Part shown: positions 56,540-64,000 of the stretch, piece by piece
Numbering within the stretch: the stretch's first letter is position 1
Layout of the letters: each line of letters begins with the position of its first letter
Assembly: GCA_947470855.1 (NCBI GenBank)
Contig: CANIUQ010000006.1
Location: 7,783-71,782 of the forward strand
Reading direction: 5' to 3'
Length of the DNA stretch: 64,000 nt
Source: Opitutia bacterium
GTDB taxonomy: Bacteria > Verrucomicrobiota > Verrucomicrobiia > Opitutales > UBA953
Translations under genes and position numbers: made by a program
Notes under the pieces: model-generated
Told to the model about the DNA's origin: nothing
The model's database searches: none
The model's input: the letters and a program-made list of their open reading frames with translations, nothing else

Positions 56540-56988
56540 TCGACCAATTCTGGTTTCCGCACAAAAAGTAGTGTGGGAATTTGACCGAGCGCAGCGAAAA
56601 GAAGAATAGCCTGGAACACGGGGATGCGTGCTTTGGTTTTAGCAGCTTTCGCGATATAATTTTTAGCCATGACTTCGGAAATCATGACAAAGGCAAAAAC
56701 AATGGAGAAGAGACAGAGCAGGGTAAAAAGTTTGCGCCAAGTTTTTTCATCCTGAATTTTTTCCCACGGAGCGACGAGTAGAAGCGCATAAAAAATAAAA
56801 AACCAACACTCCATTTGAAGAGCCAAAGGGTAATGGACAGTTTCTGGTTGCCAGCGTGGCGGAACATGAAAGCTACCCCATGTCCAGCCGCCGACTAAAT
56901 CCAAGACACCCAAGGCCGCAATCAGTGCGGCAAAGAGATAACTGGCATAACGAGCGTAGCGAATACCACGAAGGGTTGAGGGATGCAT
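56536..56988 (-). CDS. hypothetical 4-TM membrane protein
   Basis: 150 aa with four hydrophobic helices. No family recognised. It is last in the purN-prmA co-directional string. Confidence 0.45.
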   Translation of the reverse strand: MHPSTLRGIRYARYASYLFAALIAALGVLDLVGGWTWGSFHVPPRWQPETVHYPLALQMECWFFIFYALLLVAPWEKIQDEKTWRKLFTLLCLFSIVFAFVMISEVMAKNYIAKAAKTKARIPVFQAILLFAALGQIPTLLFVRKPELVD

Positions 56989-57009
56989 GTTAGATGTTTT
57001 TAGAAAAAA

Positions 57010-57891
57010 TTAGGGGCGAAACAAGGCGACATCGCTCCACTCGCCCATGGTTCGTCCGTCGCTTTTAACCCCTCCCCAGATAGTCCTGCATTTGGCTTCA
57101 AAATGCTCTTTTACCTTGGTTTGTTCGGGTGCGAGGACGCCGCTAAGAGCCAAGACTCCTCCTGGCTTTACGGCGTGAATCAAGTCATCGGCATAGATAC
57201 AGAGAACATCGCTGATGATATTAGCGAGAACCACCTTAGCAGGCCCAGTCAGCTTAAACCCCTCTTCGAGGCCAGCATGGTAAAAATGAACTTTATCGGC
57301 GAGGATGCCATTGTCTTCACGATTAGCGATGCTGACGCGGACGGACTCAGGATCGCGATCGAAACCAGCCACTGAGCCACAGCCGAGTTTGGCCGCAGAG
57401 AGGGCTAAAATTCCTGAACCACATCCTGCATCAACGACGCTAACTTTTTCAGCAGGGTGTTGAGACAAGTAATCCATCAATCGAATGGCGCAAAGCCGAG
57501 TGGTCGGGTGATCCCCCGTGCCGAAAGCTAAACCCGCATCAAACCAGACTACCGCAGCATCGCTGGGCACAGAATAAGTCTGGCGCATCCAGGCGGGAAC
57601 CCAGTGAAGTCGACCCTGTTGCCAGGGCTTCAAATGTTCTTTGTAGGCTTCCTTCCAATCTTTCTCCGCTAAAGTGGTCGCTTCGTAAGCCTCAGGAAGT
57701 TTTTTGAACGCTTTTCTTAAGACTAGCCAAGCCTTATCAGCCTCATCTTTATCATCAAAATACCCCATCACGAAGTGGGGCCTACCTGGGCCTTCATGAA
57801 ATAACATCCAAGGCGAACGGGTTAACTCACAAAAATAATCTTCCAACGGCTGAACGTAGTCTTCGTGGATTGGGCAACGTAATTCAATCAT
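57010..57891 (-). CDS. prmA: ribosomal protein L11 methyltransferase
   Basis: 293 aa with FGTGDHPTTRLC and the SAM motif VVDAGCGSGILAL. Its start overlaps the purN stop by 4 nt. Confidence 0.9.
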   Translation of the reverse strand: MIELRCPIHEDYVQPLEDYFCELTRSPWMLFHEGPGRPHFVMGYFDDKDEADKAWLVLRKAFKKLPEAYEATTLAEKDWKEAYKEHLKPWQQGRLHWVPAWMRQTYSVPSDAAVVWFDAGLAFGTGDHPTTRLCAIRLMDYLSQHPAEKVSVVDAGCGSGILALSAAKLGCGSVAGFDRDPESVRVSIANREDNGILADKVHFYHAGLEEGFKLTGPAKVVLANIISDVLCIYADDLIHAVKPGGVLALSGVLAPEQTKVKEHFEAKCRTIWGGVKSDGRTMGEWSDVALFRP

Positions 57892-58472
57892 CGGGCAGGC
57901 AATTTTTCTGCTAATTCGGCGATAACTTTGGGCAGAAGCTGATGTTCGGCTTGGTGAATTTTCTGAGCAAATGTTTCTAAAGTATCATCGGCTGTCCGTG
58001 GAACGCGGGCTTGTCCAAGATGACCACCTTCATCGACGGCTTCGGTAACCCAGTGCACTGTGCAACCACCTTCGGCAGAACCAGCACGCCAAGTTTGTCC
58101 AATGCCATCTAGTCCAGGGAATAAAGGAAGTAGAGTCGGGTGGAGATTAATGATTCTTCCGGCAAAGGGATGAAGGAGTGGAGATTTTAACACCCGCATA
58201 AAGCCAGCGAGGACAACTAAATCGATTTGATCATCGATGAGTGTTTGCGCCCAGGCTGCCTCCCGTTCGGGAGAAAACTTTGTCTTAAATGGACCAGGAT
58301 CGAGATAATGAGCAGGCACTCCGTAAATCGGGCCCAACTTCAACATCGGTGCGGTAGGAATGTCACAGTAGATTCCTGCGACCACGGCTTTGCCGAGCCG
58401 ACCTTCTTTTTGGGCACGTAGCACCGCATCGGCATTTGAGCCTCGACCTGAACCCAGCAGTGCAACACGCAT
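57888..58472 (-). CDS. purN: phosphoribosylglycinamide formyltransferase
   Basis: 194 aa with VALLGSGRGSN, VVLAGFMR, INLHPTLLP and TVHWVTEAVDEG. Confidence 0.9.
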   Translation of the reverse strand: MRVALLGSGRGSNADAVLRAQKEGRLGKAVVAGIYCDIPTAPMLKLGPIYGVPAHYLDPGPFKTKFSPEREAAWAQTLIDDQIDLVVLAGFMRVLKSPLLHPFAGRIINLHPTLLPLFPGLDGIGQTWRAGSAEGGCTVHWVTEAVDEGGHLGQARVPRTADDTLETFAQKIHQAEHQLLPKVIAELAEKLPAR

Positions 58473-58600
58473 GATTAACCATGTTCTGGAGAAGGGCCTC
58501 TGGGCAATGGGATTTTCGGGTGAATGAAAAAAAGAAGAAAAAGTTAATTCAAACTTTGCTCCGGCGGGTCTTTGGGTGATAATTCATAAGTTTCATCACC

Positions 58601-59929
58601 ATGGACCGCCGCGAGTTCTTTCGCTTAACCGCTTTAACTACTTTAAGTGCTACACTTTTACCAGGTTGTGCGAGCAGTGGTTCCTCATCATCGGGGGGAA
58701 GTTCACCCACGGTATCTTCGCCTGATACCTCACCGCCTTCAAATTTTAATGGGCGAAAAACTCTTCTCGGAATTGATGTTCTAGAGGCTGACGGATTTAG
58801 CTCTCTCCAGGGTCAACGCGTAGGATTGGTAACGCACAAAGCAGGTGTTAATGGCCGAGGGCAACGCACCGTTGATGTTTTAGCCCGAGCTCCAGGAGTG
58901 AAGCTGACCAAGTTATTCGGTCCAGAGCATGGCATTGATGGTAATGCTGCGGCCGAGGTTGCAGTAAAAAATGCCCGTGATGTACGGACGGGTTTACCGA
59001 TTTATTCCTTGTACGGTGCAACGCGTCGGCCAACACCTGAGATGTTGGAGGGCTTAGATGTTATCGTCATCGATTTTCAAGATATTGGATCCCGCTCATA
59101 CACCTACATCAGTTGTATGCGTTATGTGATTGAGGCGTGCTTTTCTCTCGATCGGCCGGTGCGCGTGGTTGTTCTTGATCGGCCCAATCCGCTCGGCGGA
59201 GAAAAGGTCGATGGACCTTTCATTGAGCGCGGGGTGAAAAGTTATGTGGGCGCCTATGAAATGCCTTATGTTCACGGTTTAACTATTGGTGAAATCGCTC
59301 GTTGGGCAGTAGCTACACCTGGAGTCTTGGAAATCTCGGAGGCGCAAAGAAAACGCGGAAGTCTCGAGGTAATTTCCATGCGTAACTGGAATCGCTCTCT
59401 CTTGTGGAATCAAACAGGACTTAACTGGGTGCCGACCTCTCCCCGCATTCCAAATCCACAAGCAGCCTTGGGGTATGCCATGGTTGGGTTGGGATGTATC
59501 ATCGGAGATTTTAGTCACACCTATCGTGATCAAATGCATTTCCGTTTTATCCGTTACGGAAAAAGAAAATCCGATGATCTCATTTCGGCTTTAGGTTCAT
59601 CAGTGCCAGGATTGAAACTCGAACCCAAGGTTATGCCTGATGGGACGCAGGGAGTTTACACGGCGGTATCAAATTGGTCACGATTCAAGCCCACCGCGAT
59701 ATCGCTTCACATGATGAGACAGAGTTGTCTTTGGGATAGTACCAATCCCTTTGCCCAAGCCTCACACCTTGAACGTGATTTGTTTAACAAGCACGTAGGG
59801 AGCCCTAATTTTCTTAATGAACTAAGAACGCAAGGGGCCAAAATTGATTTGCAGCGCTGGATGACACGCTGGGCGGGTGATGCGGAGGCATTTCGTTCCC
59901 GCACCTCACCTTATCGACTTTACTCTTAA
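58601..59929 (+). CDS. DUF1343 family protein (exo-beta-N-acetylmuramidase NamZ-like), TAT-signal lipoprotein
   Basis: 442 aa. It has the twin-arginine motif MDRREFF followed by the lipobox LLPGC. DUF1343 blocks include LFGPEHG, IDFQDIGSRSYTYI and LDRPNPLGG. Confidence 0.75.
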   Translation: MDRREFFRLTALTTLSATLLPGCASSGSSSSGGSSPTVSSPDTSPPSNFNGRKTLLGIDVLEADGFSSLQGQRVGLVTHKAGVNGRGQRTVDVLARAPGVKLTKLFGPEHGIDGNAAAEVAVKNARDVRTGLPIYSLYGATRRPTPEMLEGLDVIVIDFQDIGSRSYTYISCMRYVIEACFSLDRPVRVVVLDRPNPLGGEKVDGPFIERGVKSYVGAYEMPYVHGLTIGEIARWAVATPGVLEISEAQRKRGSLEVISMRNWNRSLLWNQTGLNWVPTSPRIPNPQAALGYAMVGLGCIIGDFSHTYRDQMHFRFIRYGKRKSDDLISALGSSVPGLKLEPKVMPDGTQGVYTAVSNWSRFKPTAISLHMMRQSCLWDSTNPFAQASHLERDLFNKHVGSPNFLNELRTQGAKIDLQRWMTRWAGDAEAFRSRTSPYRLYS

Positions 59930-61843
59930 TTAGTAAGAGCGCCCATCGCGCTTTTCCCAGAAATTGATGTAAGCTTGATTGAGGACACCATAGCCTCCAG
60001 CCGTTGGGTATTTGCCCGTAAAATACCAATCACCTAAACTGGTCGGACAAGCTTTGTGGAGTGAATCAATTTTTTGGAATAAGAGAATGAGTTCCCCCTT
60101 CCAGCCTGACTTGCGCGGATAAACTAACTCTGCCGCTTTAGCCGAAATTTCATTTTCGGTGAAAGCATCATAGATTCGTTGCACATGATTTTTCATCGCC
60201 GAGGCAGGCCCTTTGGCTTGAGCAAGACAGTCTTGGTAAACTTCTTGGAGTAGGTCGAGCTTGCCCCGCTCTTTGCAGAGAGCGACCGCCGCCTGGAAGG
60301 CCAAGAATTTACCCATTTCTGACATATCGATACCGTAACAATCTGGATAACGAATTTGTGGTGCCGTCGAGGCAATGACGATGCGCTTAGGATTAGGTCG
60401 TGCCAAGATGCCGAGAATCGATTGGCGTAAAGTGGTACCACGAACAATCGAGTCATCCACACAAACTAAAGTATCACCTTCCCGCACCGTGCCGTATGAA
60501 ATATCGTAAACGTGCGATGCCATTTGCACCCGATTTTTTTCCTGCGAAATAAAGGTCCGCAATTTCACATCTTTGTGCGCTACCTTTTCCCCGCGTGGCC
60601 AGCCACCCAAGACGAGTTTATCGATGGCGGATTCATCTAACTTTCCTGCACGCAGGGCTTCCGCGAGTTGGTTACGCACTTGCACGCGACGGCGCCGACG
60701 TAGTTCTTCCATTAAACCATACCAAGCAATTTCCGCCGTATTGGGTATGTAGGAAAAGACGGCATGATCATGATTTTCGCGAATGAGCTGAAGAATGTCA
60801 TCGGCCAGTGCCGCCCCAAGGGCTTTGCGCTCATGATAAATCTCCGGATCATTGCCACGGGAAAAATAAATTCTTTCGAATGAACAGTGACGTTTCTCTC
60901 CGGGATTGTGAATAGGCTCAATGGAGTGACGTCCATCCGCTTTAATCACTAGGGCCGAGCCTGGCGGTACTTCTTTAACATCAGCTTGATTGACTCCCAC
61001 AATGGTCATGAGGGCAACGCGTTCGGAGGCGACGGCTATGAGGTCGTCGGTGCGAACATACCAGCAAGGGCGGATGCCATTGGCATCACGAACCACAAAG
61101 GCATCACCGTTACCAATTAAGCCTGCAATCGCATACCCGCCGTCCCAATTTTTGGCGGCTCGGCGCAGCACGTTGCCAACATCTAAGTGTTTCGAAATTT
61201 CTTTTTGGATCGCGGCTCCTTCAAGGCCTTGATCTTTGAAAGCTTTAAAGAGCCGGTCATGCTCCTCATCTAGCCAAAAACCAATTTCTTCCAGAATCGA
61301 TTGAGTATCGGTGGAATAAATGACGTGAGCGCCACGTTCGGTTAGCGAAGCATTCAGCGCCGAGGTGTTCGTTAAATTAAAATTACCAGCAACGAGCAAA
61401 TTACGCGTCGGCCAAATGGATTTTCTGGCATACGGGTGACACGAGATGGAATCAAAACTCCCCGAGGTTCCGTAGCGTAAGTGCCCTAGTAAAAGCTCCC
61501 CGCCGTAATCAAAATGGCGTTTAACGGTTTCGGGAAATTCTGGAACAATCGTAGCCTCGCGTACTTGATCGGCGTAGGCTTTAATTTGTCGGGTAAAGAT
61601 TTGCGTTAAGCCCTGTGCGCCAATTTCTCGATCGCGGAATAAAAAGGCTTCTCCGTTTTCGGCCCCAATTTTGACACAGCCAATGCCCGCTCCATCTTGG
61701 CCACGGTTGTGCTGTTTCTCCATTAACAGAAACAGCTGATTGAATCCATGAAGTGGCGACCCATATTTCTCCTGATACCATTTTAGGTCCTTAGTCAGCC
61801 GGACTAGGGCAATGCCACATTCGTGCCTTAAAGAGTCGCTCAT
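59930..61843 (-). CDS. purF: amidophosphoribosyltransferase (long form)
   Basis: 637 aa. It has an Ntn class-II amidotransferase N-terminus with a short propeptide before the catalytic Cys (MSDSLRHE-CGIALV), the block LMEKQHNRGQDGAG and the PRTase motif VCVDDSIVRGTT. Confidence 0.88.
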   Translation of the reverse strand: MSDSLRHECGIALVRLTKDLKWYQEKYGSPLHGFNQLFLLMEKQHNRGQDGAGIGCVKIGAENGEAFLFRDREIGAQGLTQIFTRQIKAYADQVREATIVPEFPETVKRHFDYGGELLLGHLRYGTSGSFDSISCHPYARKSIWPTRNLLVAGNFNLTNTSALNASLTERGAHVIYSTDTQSILEEIGFWLDEEHDRLFKAFKDQGLEGAAIQKEISKHLDVGNVLRRAAKNWDGGYAIAGLIGNGDAFVVRDANGIRPCWYVRTDDLIAVASERVALMTIVGVNQADVKEVPPGSALVIKADGRHSIEPIHNPGEKRHCSFERIYFSRGNDPEIYHERKALGAALADDILQLIRENHDHAVFSYIPNTAEIAWYGLMEELRRRRRVQVRNQLAEALRAGKLDESAIDKLVLGGWPRGEKVAHKDVKLRTFISQEKNRVQMASHVYDISYGTVREGDTLVCVDDSIVRGTTLRQSILGILARPNPKRIVIASTAPQIRYPDCYGIDMSEMGKFLAFQAAVALCKERGKLDLLQEVYQDCLAQAKGPASAMKNHVQRIYDAFTENEISAKAAELVYPRKSGWKGELILLFQKIDSLHKACPTSLGDWYFTGKYPTAGGYGVLNQAYINFWEKRDGRSY

Positions 61844-61898
61844 CGCAGGCTGGAGAGTTTGCCCAAGAGGCGCGCGTCCTGTCCAGCGCTTACTATTA

Positions 61899-62951
61899 TC
61901 AAGAACGCAAGAGGCGGCTCAAGCGGTCCAAGCTTTCCCCAATCAGCCCAGCCATACTCTGGTGTTGGCGGAAGCTGGGGTCTTTATGGTATTCGGCTAG
62001 CCCTTCGGCTAGTTCTTTAGCCTTTTCTGGGGTACTTAAGGGATTGGATTCCATCGCGACCAACAAATCTCGCATGCGATCGGGTGCGGCGAGCAATCGT
62101 CGGTGAATCAGGGATTGCTCCTCTCGTCGGTATTGCGCAGCGGAAGCCGCATTAATGTGTTTCGCGCAAAGTTGGGCAAAGGGCCGGTTCTCTTTAAAAG
62201 ATCCAGGGAGATAGAACCTTAGCCGGCCGTCGTAAGATTGTTGGTCAAAGTCCATCGCGCGAACACGTATAGCGGTGGCATCAAAATCAGGAGTAACGGC
62301 GACCACGAAGTTGTAGGCTCGCATATCACCCAGTAGCCGCACCAAGCACCGCTCTTCGAATTTAATCAGCTCTTTGGCCAGCCGAACGGGGTGGTGGCTG
62401 TTCGCATCAATCCACTTTTCAGAAAAGATATCACCCGGAATACCAGTCACATGTTCTTCTACTAAGGTTTCACCCCAAGTGAGGTAGTGCATGCGGTTGG
62501 GTGAAAGGAGGTGCTCAAGTTCCAAGCCACAAACCCGCGAGGCATCACCCGTTTTTACATAAAAATAATCGTGATTTTCATTATAGGCATTAACGATACG
62601 AACACGAAAAGGCTGAGAATTGCCAAAAGAACAAAAATCAACGCGATCCACATAAACGTGACTAAACACGCGCAATCCACCCTCACCGCGGAGCAGGGCG
62701 TAGGTTTCTAACAAGCTTTGAGAAAGACTGGCCATTACTTCGGGTTGGTAGGCCACGGTTTCCCACAACGTATCGCGACCGCGATCCAACAATGGCATGG
62801 CCGCGGTAAAATCACGCAACTGAGCGTAGGAAACGGGTAGTGTCACTTCGCGGCCTTCACGGGCTAAATACTCACGAAGTTGCTCACCAATCGGGTAGGC
62901 TGGCTTACGCTGCGTTTTTTTAAATTCAAATTCTGAACCAGCGGCGTCCAT
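61899..62951 (-). CDS. hypothetical protein with protein-kinase-like motif order (unclassified)
   Basis: 350 aa, no family recognised. The ordered motifs are YVK(133), LELEH(143-147), EEHVTG(165-170), D209-MRAY-N214 and MD234-F-D236. It lies 3 bp downstream of the NUDIX gene and 55 bp upstream of purF. Confidence 0.35.
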   Translation of the reverse strand: MDAAGSEFEFKKTQRKPAYPIGEQLREYLAREGREVTLPVSYAQLRDFTAAMPLLDRGRDTLWETVAYQPEVMASLSQSLLETYALLRGEGGLRVFSHVYVDRVDFCSFGNSQPFRVRIVNAYNENHDYFYVKTGDASRVCGLELEHLLSPNRMHYLTWGETLVEEHVTGIPGDIFSEKWIDANSHHPVRLAKELIKFEERCLVRLLGDMRAYNFVVAVTPDFDATAIRVRAMDFDQQSYDGRLRFYLPGSFKENRPFAQLCAKHINAASAAQYRREEQSLIHRRLLAAPDRMRDLLVAMESNPLSTPEKAKELAEGLAEYHKDPSFRQHQSMAGLIGESLDRLSRLLRS

Positions 62952-62954
62952 GGA

Positions 62955-63476
62955 TTAATCGAGGTGTGGCCGAAGATGACTTTCCTCAATCACCATTTGT
63001 AATGGTTGGTGAGGATGACATTCAGCGCGATAAGCAATGAAACTTCGCCGGTGTTGGTCGAAGATAGGCCAAATCAGAGTGCGGTCTGATTCAGGGACTT
63101 TAATTTGGGCAATTTCTTCTCGAGCAAAAAAAGCAAATTTACCTTCCGTGATGGTAGCAGGGACTTCTTTAAGGCGGCGACGACAATCAAAGAGGAACAT
63201 TAGCCAATGAGTCTGCCCTTCATAACCTTTTTCCGAAATCATTCCGAAAAGATGTAAATCGGAGGTCTCTACTTTGACTCCAGCTTCTTCCGCAACTTCG
63301 CGAACCGCACATTCAAAAGGCGATTCTCCTGTGGTTGTCTCCAGTTTTCCTCCAATCGGGCTCCAGCAACCTTGATTAGGTGCTTTGGTGCGCTGAATGA
63401 GCAGAAGTTTTCCGTTTTCATCATGTAGAAAAACGAGAACGCTGATTTTAAAAGGGAGTGTCGCGCCAGTGGACAT
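62955..63476 (-). CDS. NUDIX hydrolase
   Basis: 173 aa with the Nudix box GGKLETTTGESPFECAVREVAEEAGV (GX5EX7REUXEEXGU). Confidence 0.85.
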   Translation of the reverse strand: MSTGATLPFKISVLVFLHDENGKLLLIQRTKAPNQGCWSPIGGKLETTTGESPFECAVREVAEEAGVKVETSDLHLFGMISEKGYEGQTHWLMFLFDCRRRLKEVPATITEGKFAFFAREEIAQIKVPESDRTLIWPIFDQHRRSFIAYRAECHPHQPLQMVIEESHLRPHLD

Positions 63477-63569
63477 AACTCAACCTTGCTCGAGATAGGA
63501 GTGGGCACAATCTCGGAGTGAAGTTTTCCGAGGAGTTGCGTTCGGGCACGGCCTAGCTAAGTTTATTCC

Positions 63570-64000
63570 ATGCCTGAACTCGCCGAAGTCGAATTTTTCC
63601 GTCGTCGCTGGGATGTTGCTCGGGGCAAAACAGTCAAAGCCGTTTATCTCAATGCGCGTGCGCGAGATAATCGTGGCATACCCATTGCTAAGATAAAAAA
63701 AGCTCTACTTGGGCAAAAGTTTTTAGCTTCCCGGGCCGCAGCTAAACAAATGGCGTTTTATTTTTCGAATCACCTTTGGCTGGGCATTCATTTGGGTATG
63801 ACGGGAGAGTTGGCCGTGGGTTCTGCCCAACGAGAACCTAAGCCCCATGAACACCTCGTTCTTAAAATGTCGAACGGCCAAGAACTCATCTTCATCGACC
63901 CTCGGCAGTTCGGGCGGGTTTTGTTCTATCAAGGTCAAGGCGTCCCTGAATGGTGGGCTAAAATTGCGCCCCCGATTTTATCTCGTGCTTTTACGGTTCA
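63570..64000 (+). CDS. mutM: formamidopyrimidine-DNA glycosylase, N-terminal part (runs off window)
   Basis: Own translation from ATG 63570 gives MPELAEVEFFRRRWD...HLGMTGEL...LIFIDPRQFGRV. The catalytic N-terminal PELxEVE, HLGM(S/T)G and DPRxFG blocks match Fpg. It is not in the ORF track because no stop lies within the window. Confidence 0.85.
   Translation, partial: MPELAEVEFFRRRWDVARGKTVKAVYLNARARDNRGIPIAKIKKALLGQKFLASRAAAKQMAFYFSNHLWLGIHLGMTGELAVGSAQREPKPHEHLVLKMSNGQELIFIDPRQFGRVLFYQGQGVPEWWAKIAPPILSRAFTV

Noticed and set aside
58473-58600. Possible ZTP/purine riboswitch upstream of purN
   Set aside because: The reverse complement lacks the conserved ZTP pseudoknot words (GGGUCGUGAC..., CCGCCUGGGCA) and the purine-riboswitch loop motifs. 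The region is A/T-rich promoter-like DNA.
1-64000. CRISPR arrays, IS elements, prophage or defence islands
   Set aside because: Reading through all spacers and unassigned ORFs, I found no regularly spaced direct repeats, no transposase, integrase or recombinase-like ORF, and no terminal inverted repeats. The only tandem repeat seen is the 21-bp duplication inside mnmE.

Overview
The window is a gene-dense stretch of bacterial chromosome, mid-GC by eye (not computed). I call about 70 protein-coding genes, one tRNA-Gly(GCC) and a few intrinsic terminators.

**Content.** Almost everything is core housekeeping:
- Cofactors: coaX, birA, nadC, coaC, queG, hemA, menC/menE-like.
- Chaperones: grpE-dnaJ.
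- Amino-acid and polyamine metabolism: hisG, aguB-aguA, lysA, tyrA, aroA.
- Purine and nucleotide metabolism: guaB, gmk, purE-purK, purN, purF, cmk.
- Envelope and lipid: kdsA, pssA, plsC, a capD-like gene, a namZ-like gene.
- Replication, repair and tRNA modification: dnaN, polX, xthA, mutM, mnmE-mnmG, prmA.
- Transport: feoAB, a DevCAB/MacAB-like exporter with a NodT-type outer membrane factor, and a MIP channel.
- Regulation: one PhoB/PhoR-like two-component pair and an orphan sigma-54 activator.

**What I did not find.** There is no CRISPR array, transposase, integrase, phage module or recognisable defence island. I cannot honestly point to a clear-cut new system.

**Most second-look-worthy items:**
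1. An unclassified 350-aa protein with a kinase-like motif order, tightly coupled to a NUDIX hydrolase just upstream of purF.
2. A solitary ParE/RelE-like toxin homologue wedged into a housekeeping operon. It follows two tandem periplasmic nucleoredoxin-like paralogues (WCPPCR versus WCGPCR), a DUF5069 gene and an LMW-PTP.
3. A translationally coupled operon: HemX/CcsA-like membrane protein, hemA, sigma-54 response regulator, PstS-like binding protein.
4. A DnaA-box cluster plus an AT-rich tract upstream of a dnaN gene that has no adjacent dnaA. Together with mnmE-mnmG and a coding-strand bias change, this suggests origin proximity.
5. A MIP channel lacking the conserved Arg after the second NPA.
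6. An AroA-Cmk fusion.
7. Recurrent convergent gene pairs that share overlapping stop codons.

**Taxonomy.** The long PurF form, the FGE-domain coiled-coil protein, the TAT-lipoprotein NamZ and the near absence of Shine-Dalgarno sequences are compatible with a PVC/Verrucomicrobiota-like or FCB-like organism. This is a guess that needs a database search.
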